A DNA stretch of 64,000 bases from a bacterium (GCA_030429765.1 JAUIER010000013.1:8759-72758), one strand, 5' to 3'. Counted from the first letter of the stretch, positions 1-11,456 are shown. The notes: a model not told the origin generated them from the sequence alone. Translations and numbers: made by a program.

Positions 1-965
1 CCTATTTCGGAGGCACGCCATCACTCACGGCGACGTCAGGTCCGGGGCTGTCCTTGAAACAGGAGTTTATCGGTTACGCCTCTGCGGCCGAGATTCCATT
101 GGTCTTGGCTGACATTCAGCGATCCGGTCCATCAACGGGGATGCCGACTAAAACCGAGCAGTCAGATTTATTATCTTCTATTTACGGCGCGCATGGGGAC
201 AACACACAGGTCGTCATCGGTGTCGGAACGATGCTCGATTGCTTTTATGCGCCGCAGCTGGCGCGGTACTTTGCCGAGAAATTACGGTTGCCGGTATTCA
301 TCATGAGTGATTTTCAAATGGCCAACAGCTACAAGGTTATTCCCAAGCCCAAGACATTCAATCTGAAAAATGTCGAAGATATTTCGGATGAGGTGCTGAA
401 TCATTTTGATCTGGACCGATTGCCGCTGGATATCGAGATGGTGCGGGATGATCAGTCCAATCCCGGCGTTCCGGGACATATGCGCCGAGTCACGGGGCTG
501 AATACCGATAACGAGGGCAAGGTTAATTATTTTGCCAAAACCAATCAGCGCTCGCACGCGGTTCGTAATGAAAAAGTTCATCACGTACGGCGAAGCATGC
601 GTGAGCCGCAAATGTTTGGGGATTGCCGTGAAGGTGATGTCCTTGTCCTGGGCTGGGGAAGCACGCATGGAGCAATTTCCGAGGCGGTGGTGTCCTGTCA
701 GAAACAGGGGCTCAAGGTCGGCGGTTTGTGTTTCCGTATAATTTATCCGTTGCCGTTGATGCTGGCGGATGTGTTCAAACGATTTAAGAAGGTTGTCACC
801 GTCGAGGGGGCCTATGGTGATAAATACAAGCGAACGCCGTTGGCGATGTTTGTCCGCTCCAAGACACTGGTGGATGTGTATCCGATGATCTCCCGGGCGA
901 CGGGACGTCCGATCACGCCGAAGACAATCGAAAATCAAGTCAAAGAACTTCTCAAAAATCTATAA
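1..965 (+). CDS. korA: 2-oxoacid:ferredoxin oxidoreductase alpha subunit, C-terminal part; the 5' end lies upstream of the window
   Basis: The reading frame is open from position 3. The GPSTGMPTKTEQSDL motif is typical of KorA/OorA alpha subunits, and the gene sits immediately upstream of a TPP-binding beta subunit. Confidence 0.75.
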   Translation, partial: YFGGTPSLTATSGPGLSLKQEFIGYASAAEIPLVLADIQRSGPSTGMPTKTEQSDLLSSIYGAHGDNTQVVIGVGTMLDCFYAPQLARYFAEKLRLPVFIMSDFQMANSYKVIPKPKTFNLKNVEDISDEVLNHFDLDRLPLDIEMVRDDQSNPGVPGHMRRVTGLNTDNEGKVNYFAKTNQRSHAVRNEKVHHVRRSMREPQMFGDCREGDVLVLGWGSTHGAISEAVVSCQKQGLKVGGLCFRIIYPLPLMLADVFKRFKKVVTVEGAYGDKYKRTPLAMFVRSKTLVDVYPMISRATGRPITPKTIENQVKELLKNL

Positions 966-975
966 AGGATTACCT

Positions 976-1884
976 ATGTCGACGTCCACGGACTCTCCGA
1001 AAATCACAATCAAAGATCTCAATACGGAAAACCCGCGCTGGTGTGCCGGTTGCGGTGATTTCAGTATCATCATGGGCCTCAAACGCTTTATGGTGAATGA
1101 GCAATTAGCGCCGCACGACACGGTGAACGTGTCAGGTATCGGTTGTTCGGGGCGCGCACCGTTTTACGTGAACTCGTACGGCATTCACAGTATTCACGGA
1201 CGGGCCATTCCGGTGGCCCTGGGGTTGGCGTTAACGCGGCCTGAGCTGGACGTGTTTATTCATTCCGGTGACGGGGACGCGATCAGTATCGGCGGCAACC
1301 ATTTGATTCACGGGATCAACAAGAATTTTAACTGTGTCTTTATTCTCTATGATAACGAGCTCTACGCACTGACCAAGAGTCAGACATCACCGACGACGAG
1401 AAAAGGGCATAAAACCAACACGCAGCCGTCAGGGACTTATCTGGAACCCATCAAGGCGATCCGTCTGGTGTTGGGGATCGGCGCGTCGTTTGTGGCGAAT
1501 ACCGCCGACTGGATGCCGGACCACTTGACCAACACCTTAAGCGCGGCGTTCGCGCACAAAGGTTTTTCGTTTGTGCATGTGTCTCAGCGATGCCCGCATT
1601 TCGATCCATACAATTTCGAACACAAGTCGACCGACTGGTTCACGTTTCTCAAACACGAGAAAGGCATTGCACCGGACCGCCGGTTGGCTGACAAAACAGA
1701 GGTCCGCGAACATGATCCGTTTGATCTTAACGCGGCGTTTAATCTGTCGAATGAAGACCGCACGTATTTCGGCTTGATCTATCACAATCCGGACAAGCCA
1801 AGTTATGTGGATATAGTCCGTTCACAGCTTCCGGAATCACCGGCTGCGGATACATCCGAACTCTTCAAACCCTATGCCATCTAA
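976..1884 (+). CDS. korB: 2-oxoacid:ferredoxin oxidoreductase beta subunit (TPP-binding)
   Basis: Contains the CAGCGDF... GIGCSGR TPP-domain pattern. It follows korA after a 10-nt gap. Confidence 0.8.
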   Translation: MSTSTDSPKITIKDLNTENPRWCAGCGDFSIIMGLKRFMVNEQLAPHDTVNVSGIGCSGRAPFYVNSYGIHSIHGRAIPVALGLALTRPELDVFIHSGDGDAISIGGNHLIHGINKNFNCVFILYDNELYALTKSQTSPTTRKGHKTNTQPSGTYLEPIKAIRLVLGIGASFVANTADWMPDHLTNTLSAAFAHKGFSFVHVSQRCPHFDPYNFEHKSTDWFTFLKHEKGIAPDRRLADKTEVREHDPFDLNAAFNLSNEDRTYFGLIYHNPDKPSYVDIVRSQLPESPAADTSELFKPYAI

Positions 1885-2824
1885 TACGGAAAATCTGATT
1901 ATTATCGGTTCCGGTCCGGCAGCGCACACAGCCGCGATATACGCGGCCCGGGCTGAACTCAATCCACTTATGTTTGAAGGCATGATGGCCGGCGGCGTGG
2001 CAGCCGGCGGACAGCTGACCACCACTACCGACGTGGAAAATTATCCAGGCTTTCCCGAGGGAATTATGGGGCCAGACCTGATGGTCCGTTTTCGGGAGCA
2101 ATCGGTTAAATGCGGTACACGCATTGAGACAGCGACTGTCGATCGCGTGGACCTGTCGTCCACGCCGTACAAAGTTATCGTCGGATCCAAAGAGATTGAG
2201 ACGCGTTCGATTGTGATCGCCACGGGCGCCACGGCCAAGCGATTGCGCGTACCGGGTGAGGAAAAATTGTGGCAGCGCGGCATATCGGCCTGCGCGGTGT
2301 GTGACGGCGCCTTACCGGTGTTCCGGAATAAAGTGTTGTTTGTGATCGGCGGCGGCGACACGGCCTGTGAGGAGGCGAGCTTCCTGACCAAATACGCCAG
2401 CAAGGTCGTGATGTGTGTCCGTCGGGATGAAATGCGGGCCTCCAAGGTCATGCAGGAGCGTGTGCGTAAGAACGACAAGATTGAGATCATGTGGAACACG
2501 GAACTGGTGGATGTGCTGGGCGACAAGATGCTTGAACAGGTCAAGCTGATCAACAACAAGACCGAAGAAGAGTCTACGGTCGCCGCGGGCGGATTGTTCT
2601 ACGCCATCGGTCACATTCCCAATACCTCGTTTCTGGGCGGTCAGGTCAAATGTGATGATTCCGGCTACATTATCACGCAGCCCGGGTCACCGCTGACCGA
2701 TGTGCCGGGTGTCTTTGCCTGCGGAGATGTGCAGGACAAGATCTATCGCCAGGCGATCACGGCCGCCGGATCCGGCTGTATGGCCGCGCTTGAGGCCGAA
2801 CGCTACCTCGCCGAACTCAACTGA
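1874..2824 (+). CDS. trxB: Thioredoxin-disulfide reductase
   Basis: N-terminal [13 protein letters not shown]-binding motif and the CAVCDG redox-active disulfide typical of low-Mr TrxR. Length is 316 aa. Confidence 0.85.
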   Translation: MPSNTENLIIIGSGPAAHTAAIYAARAELNPLMFEGMMAGGVAAGGQLTTTTDVENYPGFPEGIMGPDLMVRFREQSVKCGTRIETATVDRVDLSSTPYKVIVGSKEIETRSIVIATGATAKRLRVPGEEKLWQRGISACAVCDGALPVFRNKVLFVIGGGDTACEEASFLTKYASKVVMCVRRDEMRASKVMQERVRKNDKIEIMWNTELVDVLGDKMLEQVKLINNKTEEESTVAAGGLFYAIGHIPNTSFLGGQVKCDDSGYIITQPGSPLTDVPGVFACGDVQDKIYRQAITAAGSGCMAALEAERYLAELN

Positions 2825-2929
2825 TACGCTTTAAACAGCGGATTTCCCCCCGAAAGATTTTGAATTTCACGTAAATGTATGATACCATGCCCTTTTCCCG
2901 ACATCGGGAGTCTTCACAGGCGGTCATTT

Positions 2930-3658
2930 ATGGGTAATAATCCAGACAAAAAACTCACTGTTCCCAAGGGGCAATCCTGGCAGATGTTCAATACCATCTC
3001 AGCCCGGTATGATCTGTTAAACCGATTGCTGTCGCTGGGGCTTGACGTATCCTGGCGAAAGCGTTTGAGTCAATATGTACCCGAACGGCCCGGACTGCGT
3101 CTGCTGGATTTGGCCACCGGAACGGCGGATGTGCTGTTGACGTTGATCAAAGAACGCCCCAATATCGAGAGCGGGTTGGGACTGGATATGGCCGAGAAAA
3201 TGCTTGATGTCGGACGTGTCAAGATTCGTGAGCAGAAGCTCGACGACCGTTTAACGCTGGATGTCGGTGACGCCAATGCCATTCCCGTTGAGGACAGTAG
3301 TTATGACTGCACAACGATGTCCTTCGGCATTCGCAACGTAGAGGATCCGCGGATCGTCATGCGTGAAATGCATCGCGTGCTGAAACCCGGGGGACGGACA
3401 TTAATCCTGGAATTTTCAATGCCCAAGAATCCTGTTATTCGTCTGGGGCATATTTTTTATCTGCGGACGGTGGTCCCGTTGATCGGTTGGCTGGTCAGCG
3501 GTCAGTACAAGGCCTACAAATATCTCAATCAAACCATAGAAGAATTTCCCTACGGCGACGCATTTTGCCGATGGATGACGGACGCCGGGTTCGTTAACGT
3601 CAAGGCCAATCCGTTATTATTCGGGGTCGCCACGATCTATCAGGGAGACCGGGGATGA
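2930..3658 (+). CDS. ubiE: Demethylmenaquinone/ubiquinone C-methyltransferase (class I SAM MTase)
   Basis: UbiE/MenG-like N-terminus (FNTISARYDLLN), an LDLATGTAD SAM motif, and a position at the head of the men operon. Start chosen at the in-frame ATG at 2930. Confidence 0.8.
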   Translation: MGNNPDKKLTVPKGQSWQMFNTISARYDLLNRLLSLGLDVSWRKRLSQYVPERPGLRLLDLATGTADVLLTLIKERPNIESGLGLDMAEKMLDVGRVKIREQKLDDRLTLDVGDANAIPVEDSSYDCTTMSFGIRNVEDPRIVMREMHRVLKPGGRTLILEFSMPKNPVIRLGHIFYLRTVVPLIGWLVSGQYKAYKYLNQTIEEFPYGDAFCRWMTDAGFVNVKANPLLFGVATIYQGDRG

Positions 3659-5037
3659 TCACGGTATTCCGTGGTTCGCAGGTCTACGCGCTCAAGGATC
3701 TCAAGCCCGCGATGTTGACGCAGCTCAAGCAGCTGCCCCGGATGGTGTCCACAATCGGATCGCTCGAAACAATCTATCGGTTTGAGTATGACTGTGAACC
3801 GTTGAATATCCTAGCTTGGCTGCACAATCAATCCGCGGCCGACCGGGTTTACTGGTCGCATCGTGACGGTGATTTTGAGACGGCCGGTGTTCATCTGGCC
3901 GACGTGATCGAAGGCCGCGGGACGATTGACTACGCACAGGTTTTTAACCAGATCCAGGACCGCATCGGATCGGACAATCAACAGCTGCAGTATCTGGGCG
4001 GATTCTGTTTTGATACGGACTCCATGGGTGAGCAGTGGTCTGATTTCGGGAGCTATCGTTTCATTGTGCCTGAATTTGAGTGTACCCGTCGCAAGGACCG
4101 CACGTCGATTGCGTTTAACATTCGTGTTGACGAGATCAATGAGGACGCGATCGCGGCGGCGATACAGCATCTGGATGGCCTGTCATTTGAAGCAAGTACG
4201 CGCTACCGTAAAGTCCCCTGCATGACCAGCCGTGAGGATACGCCGGATCTTGCCAAGTGGACGAGTAATGTCCGGCAGGCACAGGAGTCGGCATTTGATA
4301 AACTGGTGCTGGCGCGCCGCTCAACATTCGGTTTTGACATGACAATCCGGCCGGACGCGCTAATCAAGTTTCTCAAAGACCGGACGCCGAATTGTTATCA
4401 CTTTAATTTTCAGCTCAGCGATTATCACGGATTCCTGGGGGCGTCGCCCGAACGACTGTGCCGTATTGAGGATGGGATGCTCAACACCGAGGCGGTGGCC
4501 GGAACCGTCGCTGCCGATGACGCGGCGCAGCAAAATCAGCAGCTCGAACAAGAGCTTCTTGATACTGACAAATTGAGGGATGAGCATCAGTTTGTGGTCG
4601 GCTATCTGGATGAGCAAATGCGGCAGTTGTGCCGTGAGTACAAGAAAGCCGATCGGCCGGGATTGATGAAGCTTAAAAATACAGTTCATCTAAGAACACC
4701 GTTTGAAGGACGGCTTCGCCCGGATTGCCCGATGGATGAAGTGCTATCCAAGCTGCATCCCACGCCCGCCGTCGGGGGATATCCAGCCAAGGGGGTTCCG
4801 TCAGCCATACGCTCGATTGAGGCGTTTGATCGCGGGTGGTATGCCGGACCGGTGGGATGTGTCGGGTATGACTGGTGTGAATTTGCCGTGGCGATTCGAT
4901 CGGGGCTGGTGCGTGACGATACATTGTCACTCTTCGCCGGTGCCGGGATTGTGAAAGATTCGGTTGCGTCGGATGAATGGGACGAAATTGAAAACAAGAT
5001 CAGCCGGTTTATGCGGGTTTTTGAACATGGGAAATAA
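3655..5037 (+). CDS. menF: Isochorismate synthase (chorismate-binding enzyme)
   Basis: C-terminal chorismate-binding core (PTPAVGGYP...GWYAGPVG...EFAVAIRS). Overlaps the ubiE stop by 4 nt. Confidence 0.8.
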   Translation: MITVFRGSQVYALKDLKPAMLTQLKQLPRMVSTIGSLETIYRFEYDCEPLNILAWLHNQSAADRVYWSHRDGDFETAGVHLADVIEGRGTIDYAQVFNQIQDRIGSDNQQLQYLGGFCFDTDSMGEQWSDFGSYRFIVPEFECTRRKDRTSIAFNIRVDEINEDAIAAAIQHLDGLSFEASTRYRKVPCMTSREDTPDLAKWTSNVRQAQESAFDKLVLARRSTFGFDMTIRPDALIKFLKDRTPNCYHFNFQLSDYHGFLGASPERLCRIEDGMLNTEAVAGTVAADDAAQQNQQLEQELLDTDKLRDEHQFVVGYLDEQMRQLCREYKKADRPGLMKLKNTVHLRTPFEGRLRPDCPMDEVLSKLHPTPAVGGYPAKGVPSAIRSIEAFDRGWYAGPVGCVGYDWCEFAVAIRSGLVRDDTLSLFAGAGIVKDSVASDEWDEIENKISRFMRVFEHGK

Positions 5038-6775
5038 CACTCAGACATCACATCAACTGATGTGGGGACAACTGATCATCGAAGAGTTGATTCGAAACGG
5101 CGTGACCTATTTTTGTCTGTCGCCGGGATCGCGGTCGACACCATTGACTGTGGCGGTGGCGCGTCATCCGCAGGCCCAAACCATGATTCACTTTGACGAG
5201 CGCGCCAGTGCGTTTCACGCCCTGGGATACGCCGCGGCCACGGGACGTCCGGTCGCGGTGATGACCACCTCGGGAACCGCCGTCGCTAATGTGCTGCCCG
5301 CCGTCGTTGAGGCCTCCAAGAAAAAGTTACCACTCATCATCCTCAGCGCTGATCGGCCGCCCGAGCTTCGATCCACCGGCGCGCACCAAACCATAGATCA
5401 GTGTCAGATATTTGGGTCGTATGTCCGCTTTTTTAAAGATGTGCCGGTGCCGACCTCAGATATCCCATCCAGCTATGTGTTAACCACGGTCGATCAGGCC
5501 GTTTTCCGCGCGACGGGAGAATTACGTGGTCCGGTGCATTTAAATTGTATGTATCGTGAGCCGTTGATTGATTCAAACACGCGCTCATCGCGGCAGGTGC
5601 TGGACGCGTCGATTGCCGGATGGTCCAAGACCGACGAACCGTTTACGACATATATCCGATCAGTCACGGCGTTTGATCCCGAAACGGTTAAACCAGTGGC
5701 TCAACGTATGGCCAAGATCAAATCCGGTGTGATTGTGGTTGGAAAGCTTCCAGATGAGGCCAGCGGCCAGGCCGTGATCACGCTGGGCCGGAAATTGGGC
5801 TGGCCGATTCTGCCGGACCTGACCTCGGGATTGCGTTTGAATGTGCGCGACGATCAGCTGATCCCGTATTTTCATCACGCGTTAAAGATGCACGCGCCGC
5901 GTTTTGACGGGGTTCTGCATCTGGGCGGACGTATCACGTCGAAGCATTGGTATCAATGTGCGCAGAAGAATCAGCCAAGCACCTATATCATGGTGTTAGG
6001 CCATCCGTTACGCAACGATCCGCTGCACAATGTGACGCATCGGATCCAGGCGCCGGTCCGTCCGTTTTGTGAAGCGCTGGTCGAACACGTCGATCAACGC
6101 AAAACGTCGATTGAGTGTCAGCGGTTGCAACGGATTAACCGCCGCATCGCGGATGAATTTCAGGAGGAGTTTGAGATCCTGCAGGACGTCACCGAACCAT
6201 CGGTCAGTCGGGCGGTGTCCCAATTGATCCCTGAGGATCACGCGCTGTTCTTGTCCAATAGTCTGCCCATCCGCGAATTCGAGCAATTCGCCGTCACCGA
6301 CGGTCCGAATGTGACTATCGGAGCGAACCGGGGGGCCAGCGGGATCGACGGGATTATTGCATCAGCCGCGGGATTTTCACGGGGGCTGGAGCAGCCGGTC
6401 ACATTGATGTTAGGGGATCTGGCCGGACTATACGATCTCAACGCGCTCGCCCAACTCAAGGCGCTTGATCAGCCGATGACGATTTGTCTGTTTAATAATG
6501 ATGGCGGCGGTATCTTTTCGTTTTTGCCGATTGCCGGGCGAGAAAAATCCTTCGAGAAGTTTTTTGGAACGCCGCATGGCCTGAGCTTTGACAAGGCGGC
6601 CGACATGTTCGGGCTTACGTATGCAGCGCCCCGGACCATGAATGAATTTTGTGAAGTGTATGCCGCGGCCGTGAGAGGCCGGAAGCATACACTGATTGAG
6701 ATCCGGACCAATCGTTCCGAGAATTTTAAATATCAAGAACATCTGTCCCGGCAGATTCAGATCAAAACCAAATAG
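5027..6775 (+). CDS. menD: 2-succinyl-5-enolpyruvyl-6-hydroxy-3-cyclohexene-1-carboxylate synthase (TPP-dependent)
   Basis: N-terminus [28 protein letters not shown] is diagnostic of MenD, and a TPP-binding [10 protein letters not shown] region is present. Start is the ATG at 5027, overlapping the menF end. Confidence 0.85.
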   Translation: MGNNTQTSHQLMWGQLIIEELIRNGVTYFCLSPGSRSTPLTVAVARHPQAQTMIHFDERASAFHALGYAAATGRPVAVMTTSGTAVANVLPAVVEASKKKLPLIILSADRPPELRSTGAHQTIDQCQIFGSYVRFFKDVPVPTSDIPSSYVLTTVDQAVFRATGELRGPVHLNCMYREPLIDSNTRSSRQVLDASIAGWSKTDEPFTTYIRSVTAFDPETVKPVAQRMAKIKSGVIVVGKLPDEASGQAVITLGRKLGWPILPDLTSGLRLNVRDDQLIPYFHHALKMHAPRFDGVLHLGGRITSKHWYQCAQKNQPSTYIMVLGHPLRNDPLHNVTHRIQAPVRPFCEALVEHVDQRKTSIECQRLQRINRRIADEFQEEFEILQDVTEPSVSRAVSQLIPEDHALFLSNSLPIREFEQFAVTDGPNVTIGANRGASGIDGIIASAAGFSRGLEQPVTLMLGDLAGLYDLNALAQLKALDQPMTICLFNNDGGGIFSFLPIAGREKSFEKFFGTPHGLSFDKAADMFGLTYAAPRTMNEFCEVYAAAVRGRKHTLIEIRTNRSENFKYQEHLSRQIQIKTK

Positions 6776-6788
6776 GAAGAGAGACTGT

Positions 6789-7616
6789 ATGAGCGAGAAA
6801 CCGATTCAGTGGAAGAAGGCCGGCGATTACTCGGATATCAAATATGACAAGGCCGAAGGCATCGCCAAGATCACCATCAACCGTCCCGAAGTGCGCAATG
6901 CGTTTCGTCCGCAAACAGTGCATCAGATGTCGTCCGCCCTGGCCGACGCCCGCGACGACGAATCCATCGGGGTGATTATCCTGACGGGTGAAGGCGAGCT
7001 GGCGTTTTGTTCCGGCGGTGATCAGAAGATCCGCGGTGAGGCCGGCTACAAAGACAGCGACGGGACCAATCGATTGAACGTGCTGGATTTTCAGCGTCAG
7101 ATGCGCACATGTCCCAAGCCGATCATCGCGATGGTGGCCGGTTACGCCATCGGCGGCGGTCACATCCTGCATATGATGTGTGACCTGACCATCGCCGCGG
7201 ACAACGCGCGGTTTGGTCAGACCGGTCCAAAGGTCGGATCGTTTGACGGCGGCTACGGCGCCAGTTACATGGCCCGGATCATCGGTCAGAAAAAGGCGCG
7301 TGAGATCTGGTTTCTGTGCCGGCAGTATGATGCGCAGCAGGCGCTTGATATGGGGCTGGTCAACACGGTCGTTCCTTACGCCGATCTGGAAAAGGAGACG
7401 GTGCAATGGTGCCGGGAGATCCTGCAGAATTCACCGATAGCGATACGCTGTTTGAAAGCGGCGCTGAATGCCGATTGTGACGGACAGGCCGGCTTGCAGG
7501 AGTTGGCCGGTAACGCGACGATGCTGTTTTATATGAGTGAAGAAGGTCAGGAAGGCCGCAATGCCTTTGTGGAAAAGCGCAAACCCGATTTTTCAAAGTT
7601 TCCCAAACGGCCCTAG
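6789..7616 (+). CDS. menB: 1,4-dihydroxy-2-naphthoyl-CoA synthase (crotonase fold)
   Basis: Strong MenB N-terminus ([28 protein letters not shown]) with AGGAAG RBS spaced before the ATG at 6789. Length is 276 aa. Confidence 0.9.
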   Translation: MSEKPIQWKKAGDYSDIKYDKAEGIAKITINRPEVRNAFRPQTVHQMSSALADARDDESIGVIILTGEGELAFCSGGDQKIRGEAGYKDSDGTNRLNVLDFQRQMRTCPKPIIAMVAGYAIGGGHILHMMCDLTIAADNARFGQTGPKVGSFDGGYGASYMARIIGQKKAREIWFLCRQYDAQQALDMGLVNTVVPYADLEKETVQWCREILQNSPIAIRCLKAALNADCDGQAGLQELAGNATMLFYMSEEGQEGRNAFVEKRKPDFSKFPKRP

Positions 7617-7619
7617 TCT

Positions 7620-8507
7620 ATGTCGGAACAACCTACATTAAAACATTGGATGATGGCCTGCCGGCCCAAGACATTAACGGCAGCGGTGGCGCCGGTGATG
7701 ATCGGGACGGCGATGGCCTTCGGTGACGGATTGTGGCATTGGCCGTCGGCCCTGGTGTGTTTGTTCACCGCGTTGTGCGTGCAGATCGGCACCAACCTGG
7801 CCAATGATTACTTTGATTTTAAAAAAGGCGCGGACACCGAAGACCGTATCGGTCCGACACGGGTCACCCAGGCCGGGTTGATCAAACCCGAAACGGTCAA
7901 GACCGGTTTTATGCTGATGTTCGGATTAACCATGGCCGGATTTTTGATCCTGGTGTTGCGCGGCGGATGGCCCATTGCCGTTTTGGGGGTGGTGTCGATT
8001 TTATCGGGGCTGTTTTATACGGCTGGATCCAAACCTCTTGGCTATCTGGGATTGGGTGATATCTTTGTGCTGATCTTTTTCGGACCAGTCGCCGTGGCCG
8101 GGACTTATTTTGTGCAGGCGCTGGAATTGAATTACGCGATCATCCTCGCCGGAATCGCGCCGGGCCTGATCTCCGTCGCGATCCTCGCCGTGAACAATTA
8201 CCGCGATATTGACAGCGATCAACGCAGCGGCAAACGCACACTGGCGGTGCGTTATGGACGGACCTTCGCGCAGTACGAGTACGCGATCTCTGTATTGGCC
8301 GGCGCGCTGTTGCCTGTGTTGATTTATGTCTTGATCAGGGATCATATCTACATCTTATGGTGTTCGGTGATCTGCTTTTTGGCCTTGCCGGGCATTCACA
8401 CTGTTTTTTCCACCACAGAGGGGCCGCGTTTGAACAATACGCTGGGCTTTACCGGCAAGATCCTGTTAATCTACAGCATTATATTTTCCATCGGGTGGAT
8501 CCTGTGA
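7620..8507 (+). CDS. menA: 1,4-dihydroxy-2-naphthoate polyprenyltransferase (UbiA family)
   Basis: UbiA-family multi-TM protein with the NDYFD and NNYRDIDSD Asp-rich motifs. Operon context supports the call. Confidence 0.85.
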   Translation: MSEQPTLKHWMMACRPKTLTAAVAPVMIGTAMAFGDGLWHWPSALVCLFTALCVQIGTNLANDYFDFKKGADTEDRIGPTRVTQAGLIKPETVKTGFMLMFGLTMAGFLILVLRGGWPIAVLGVVSILSGLFYTAGSKPLGYLGLGDIFVLIFFGPVAVAGTYFVQALELNYAIILAGIAPGLISVAILAVNNYRDIDSDQRSGKRTLAVRYGRTFAQYEYAISVLAGALLPVLIYVLIRDHIYILWCSVICFLALPGIHTVFSTTEGPRLNNTLGFTGKILLIYSIIFSIGWIL

Positions 8508-9595
8508 CAATTTCGGATATCAAACTCTTTCGATATGATTTGGATTTGGTCACGCCTTTTATGGTGAAAGGACGGCCGCTGCCGCAACGTTCAGGATTTA
8601 TTCTTCAGCTGAGCGCTCAGGGTTGTGAAGGGTATGGTGAGATCGCTCCGTTGCCGGGCTTTAGTCCGGACACCCTGGATGAGGCGTTAATCCAGGTGCG
8701 TCTGCTCGCGTCTTTCCTCAAGTCTGATCCCGTTCCCGACGGGCTAGTCAAATTGGAAAATGGGTTTGACAATTGGTTGGGCAATCTCAATCTCAATCCC
8801 AGTGTGCAGTTCGGTATTGAAATGGCGATTCTCAATCTATGGGCCAACACGCAATCTGTTACGCTCAAGGAATTGGTGTCGGAAACCAGTCACACCCAGA
8901 TCCCCATCAGCGGTTTGCTGCAGGGACAGAGGGATCAAGTCGTCGAGCAGGCCCGATTTATGATCGAGGAAGGATTCACCGCGTTTAAACTCAAGGTGAC
9001 CGATCAAATCGACGCGGAAATCGAGACCGTCAAACAGGTGAGTGCCGTGACGAGCGGTAAGGCCTTGCTTCATCTGGATGCGAATAAGGCCTGGACGCTG
9101 GAACAGGCGATTGAATTCGGTGAGGCGGTGGGGCCGGCGGCCATTGATTACATCGAAGAACCGCTGCAGGATGTCACGGCGATCCCCGAATTTTTTCACC
9201 GCACGTTGATTCCCTCGGCGATCGATGAATCGCTGCAGACCGAGACATTTGACACCTTAAAGACGCTTGAGGGCGTGGACATCTTTGTGCTCAAACCCTC
9301 GATCCTCGGAAGTATTGAATTGACCTGGAAGATGATGCAGGAGTGCAAGCGTCTGGGTTTTGAAAGTCTGATCAGTTCCATCTTTGAATCATCGATCGGT
9401 CTGATTACCCTGGCTAACCTGGCGGGTTGTTCCTTCCGAAATACACCGGCGGGGCTGGATACGGACAAGTGGATGTCGCAATGCGTGCTCAATGAGCCGT
9501 TGGCGATTGAGCGCGGCCGCATGGACATCACAAATCGCCGGGTCAGCCATGCTGACATCAACTGGGATTTGTTAACCCCTATAGATTTATCATGA
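8504..9595 (+). CDS. menC: o-Succinylbenzoate synthase (enolase superfamily)
   Basis: Enolase-superfamily architecture (KLKV...DANKAW...IEEP). GTG start at 8504 overlaps the menA stop codon. Operon context supports the call. Confidence 0.75.
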   Translation: MTISDIKLFRYDLDLVTPFMVKGRPLPQRSGFILQLSAQGCEGYGEIAPLPGFSPDTLDEALIQVRLLASFLKSDPVPDGLVKLENGFDNWLGNLNLNPSVQFGIEMAILNLWANTQSVTLKELVSETSHTQIPISGLLQGQRDQVVEQARFMIEEGFTAFKLKVTDQIDAEIETVKQVSAVTSGKALLHLDANKAWTLEQAIEFGEAVGPAAIDYIEEPLQDVTAIPEFFHRTLIPSAIDESLQTETFDTLKTLEGVDIFVLKPSILGSIELTWKMMQECKRLGFESLISSIFESSIGLITLANLAGCSFRNTPAGLDTDKWMSQCVLNEPLAIERGRMDITNRRVSHADINWDLLTPIDLS

Positions 9596-11046
9596 CACCA
9601 ACGATTTCATGTCCGGTTTTTGCACGGGCCGATTCACGGGATAAAAACCGTCCGGCCATTCGGCAGGCGTCGCGTGTTCTATCCTATCTGGAGCTTGATC
9701 AGCTCATCTCTCAGTCAGTTCAACATTTAAAGTTTCAGAAAGTCCGCCGGCATCAGCGGGTGGCGTTGCTCGTCGAGCGTGAGGTGGATTTTATCGTGCT
9801 GTATTTTGCGTTGCTGCGTCTGGGCGCGACAGCGTGTCTGCTGAGCCCCCGGCTGCCGGGTGCTCGCATCCGTCAGGAATACGAACGGTTACGCTGCCGC
9901 GTGCTGGTCAGCCGTGAAAAGCGGCCGCGTCGCCTTTTAGGGATTCAATCATTCACCACTGATCAACTAGTGGATCGTGATCCGTCAACGGAGGCGAATC
10001 ATTCCGCAATTGAATATCAGTTAAATCAGACGTCAAATATCATGCTGACCTCCGGCAGCAGCGGCCAGCCCAAGGCGGTGGTGCATTCAGTGGGCAATCA
10101 CTACTACAGCGCGCTGGGTTCGAACATCCATATTCCGGTGACCCTGAATTCCATCTGGTTGCTGTCATTGCCGATTTATCATGTGTCGGGATTGAGTATT
10201 GTGTGGCGGATGTCTACGGCCGGCGGATCGGTATACATTCCGTCGAAGAATGAAGGTGTGCTGGATTGTGTGCGTGAGCAGCCGTTGACGAATCTGTCGC
10301 TTGTGGCAGCGCAGGTTCGCGAGCTGTTAAAGGACCGAAAGGCCAGGTCGCGGATGAAATCGATGCGCGGGATTCTGATCGGCGGCAGTGCCGTTCCCGA
10401 TGATCTCAAACAAAAAATCATACGATCCGGGATTCCAGCGTACTTAAGTTATGGTTTGACAGAGATGAGCTCTCAGGTGGCCACCACACGTTTGATCCGT
10501 TCGGAGCGGGATCTCAATTCGGCGGAGGTGCTCAAGTACCGACGCGTGCGCATTGACCAGACCGGTCGTGTGTGTGTGGGCGGTGAGACCTTGTTTAAAG
10601 GCTATGAAGTCAACGGACGGCTTAAACCGTCGGTCAGCAAGGATGGGTTTTTTCAGACCGGGGATCTGGGACGCTTTTCCTTGCTTAAATATCTGCGTAT
10701 TGTGGGGCGGGCGGATACGATGTTTATCTCGGGCGGAGAAAATATCTTTCCCGAGGAGATTGAACGATGTTTGCTCGAGATGCCGGAGATCGCATCGGCG
10801 CTGATCGTGCCGGTGTCGGATCGAACCTACGGATTTCGGCCGGCGGCCTTGATCGACGTCCGGTCAGGCCAAAAAATTTCACGGGTCAAACTGCAGCGTT
10901 TTCTCAAGAAGCGTCTGGAATCCTTCAAAGTGCCGGACGAATTTTACCGCATGCCGGTTCAGACGGTGTCCGGCATTAAGACCAGTCGTCATGACCTGGT
11001 CCGACAGGTGCAGCGTCAGCGGCACAAACTCCGCAAAATTCGTTAA
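9592..11046 (+). CDS. menE: o-Succinylbenzoate-CoA ligase (AMP-binding)
   Basis: AMP-binding motif LTSGSSGQPKAVVHS, with the start overlapping the menC stop. Final gene of the men operon. Confidence 0.8.
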   Translation: MTPTISCPVFARADSRDKNRPAIRQASRVLSYLELDQLISQSVQHLKFQKVRRHQRVALLVEREVDFIVLYFALLRLGATACLLSPRLPGARIRQEYERLRCRVLVSREKRPRRLLGIQSFTTDQLVDRDPSTEANHSAIEYQLNQTSNIMLTSGSSGQPKAVVHSVGNHYYSALGSNIHIPVTLNSIWLLSLPIYHVSGLSIVWRMSTAGGSVYIPSKNEGVLDCVREQPLTNLSLVAAQVRELLKDRKARSRMKSMRGILIGGSAVPDDLKQKIIRSGIPAYLSYGLTEMSSQVATTRLIRSERDLNSAEVLKYRRVRIDQTGRVCVGGETLFKGYEVNGRLKPSVSKDGFFQTGDLGRFSLLKYLRIVGRADTMFISGGENIFPEEIERCLLEMPEIASALIVPVSDRTYGFRPAALIDVRSGQKISRVKLQRFLKKRLESFKVPDEFYRMPVQTVSGIKTSRHDLVRQVQRQRHKLRKIR

Positions 11047-11456
11047 TTGTCTTCGTCGTAAAGGGCTTGTATGCGTTCGCGCATATCTTTGGGCAGGCTG
11101 ATCTTGCTTTGAGTGGCTTTGTCCATGGTCACATGAACCGTTCGGGCGGTTCCCACCACTTCCTGGCGGGCGTTGAGCAGGGTATAGGCAAAGGTGAAGG
11201 ATGTGTCACCGACCTTGACCACCCGCACTTGAATCTCAATCACATCACCGACAAACAACGGCCGTTTGTAATCACTTTCCGCGTGCACAATCGGTAAAAA
11301 ATACGGTTTGCTGTTCAACAGTTCCGCAAAGCCGAACCCCATCTGTTCGAGCCATAATTCGTAGGCGTCATGGATTAATTTGAACTGATTGGCGAAAAAA
11401 AGCAGGCCGGCGGCGTCGGTTTCATGCAGCTTGATGCGGGTTTGGTAAGTAAACAT
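11043..11456 (-). CDS. Hotdog-fold acyl-CoA thioesterase (YbgC/4HBT-like), candidate DHNA-CoA thioesterase
   Basis: 4HBT-like sequence (TRIKLHETDAAGLLFFANQF...). Convergent with menE, and the two stops overlap. Start set at the ATG preceded by an AAAGGA RBS; an alternative longer start is at 11492. Confidence 0.7.
   Translation of the reverse strand: MFTYQTRIKLHETDAAGLLFFANQFKLIHDAYELWLEQMGFGFAELLNSKPYFLPIVHAESDYKRPLFVGDVIEIQVRVVKVGDTSFTFAYTLLNARQEVVGTARTVHVTMDKATQSKISLPKDMRERIQALYDEDN

Noticed and set aside
282-938. 218-aa minus-strand ORF inside korA
   Set aside because: Entirely antisense to a well-supported conserved gene, and it shows no domain signal. Typical high-GC shadow ORF.
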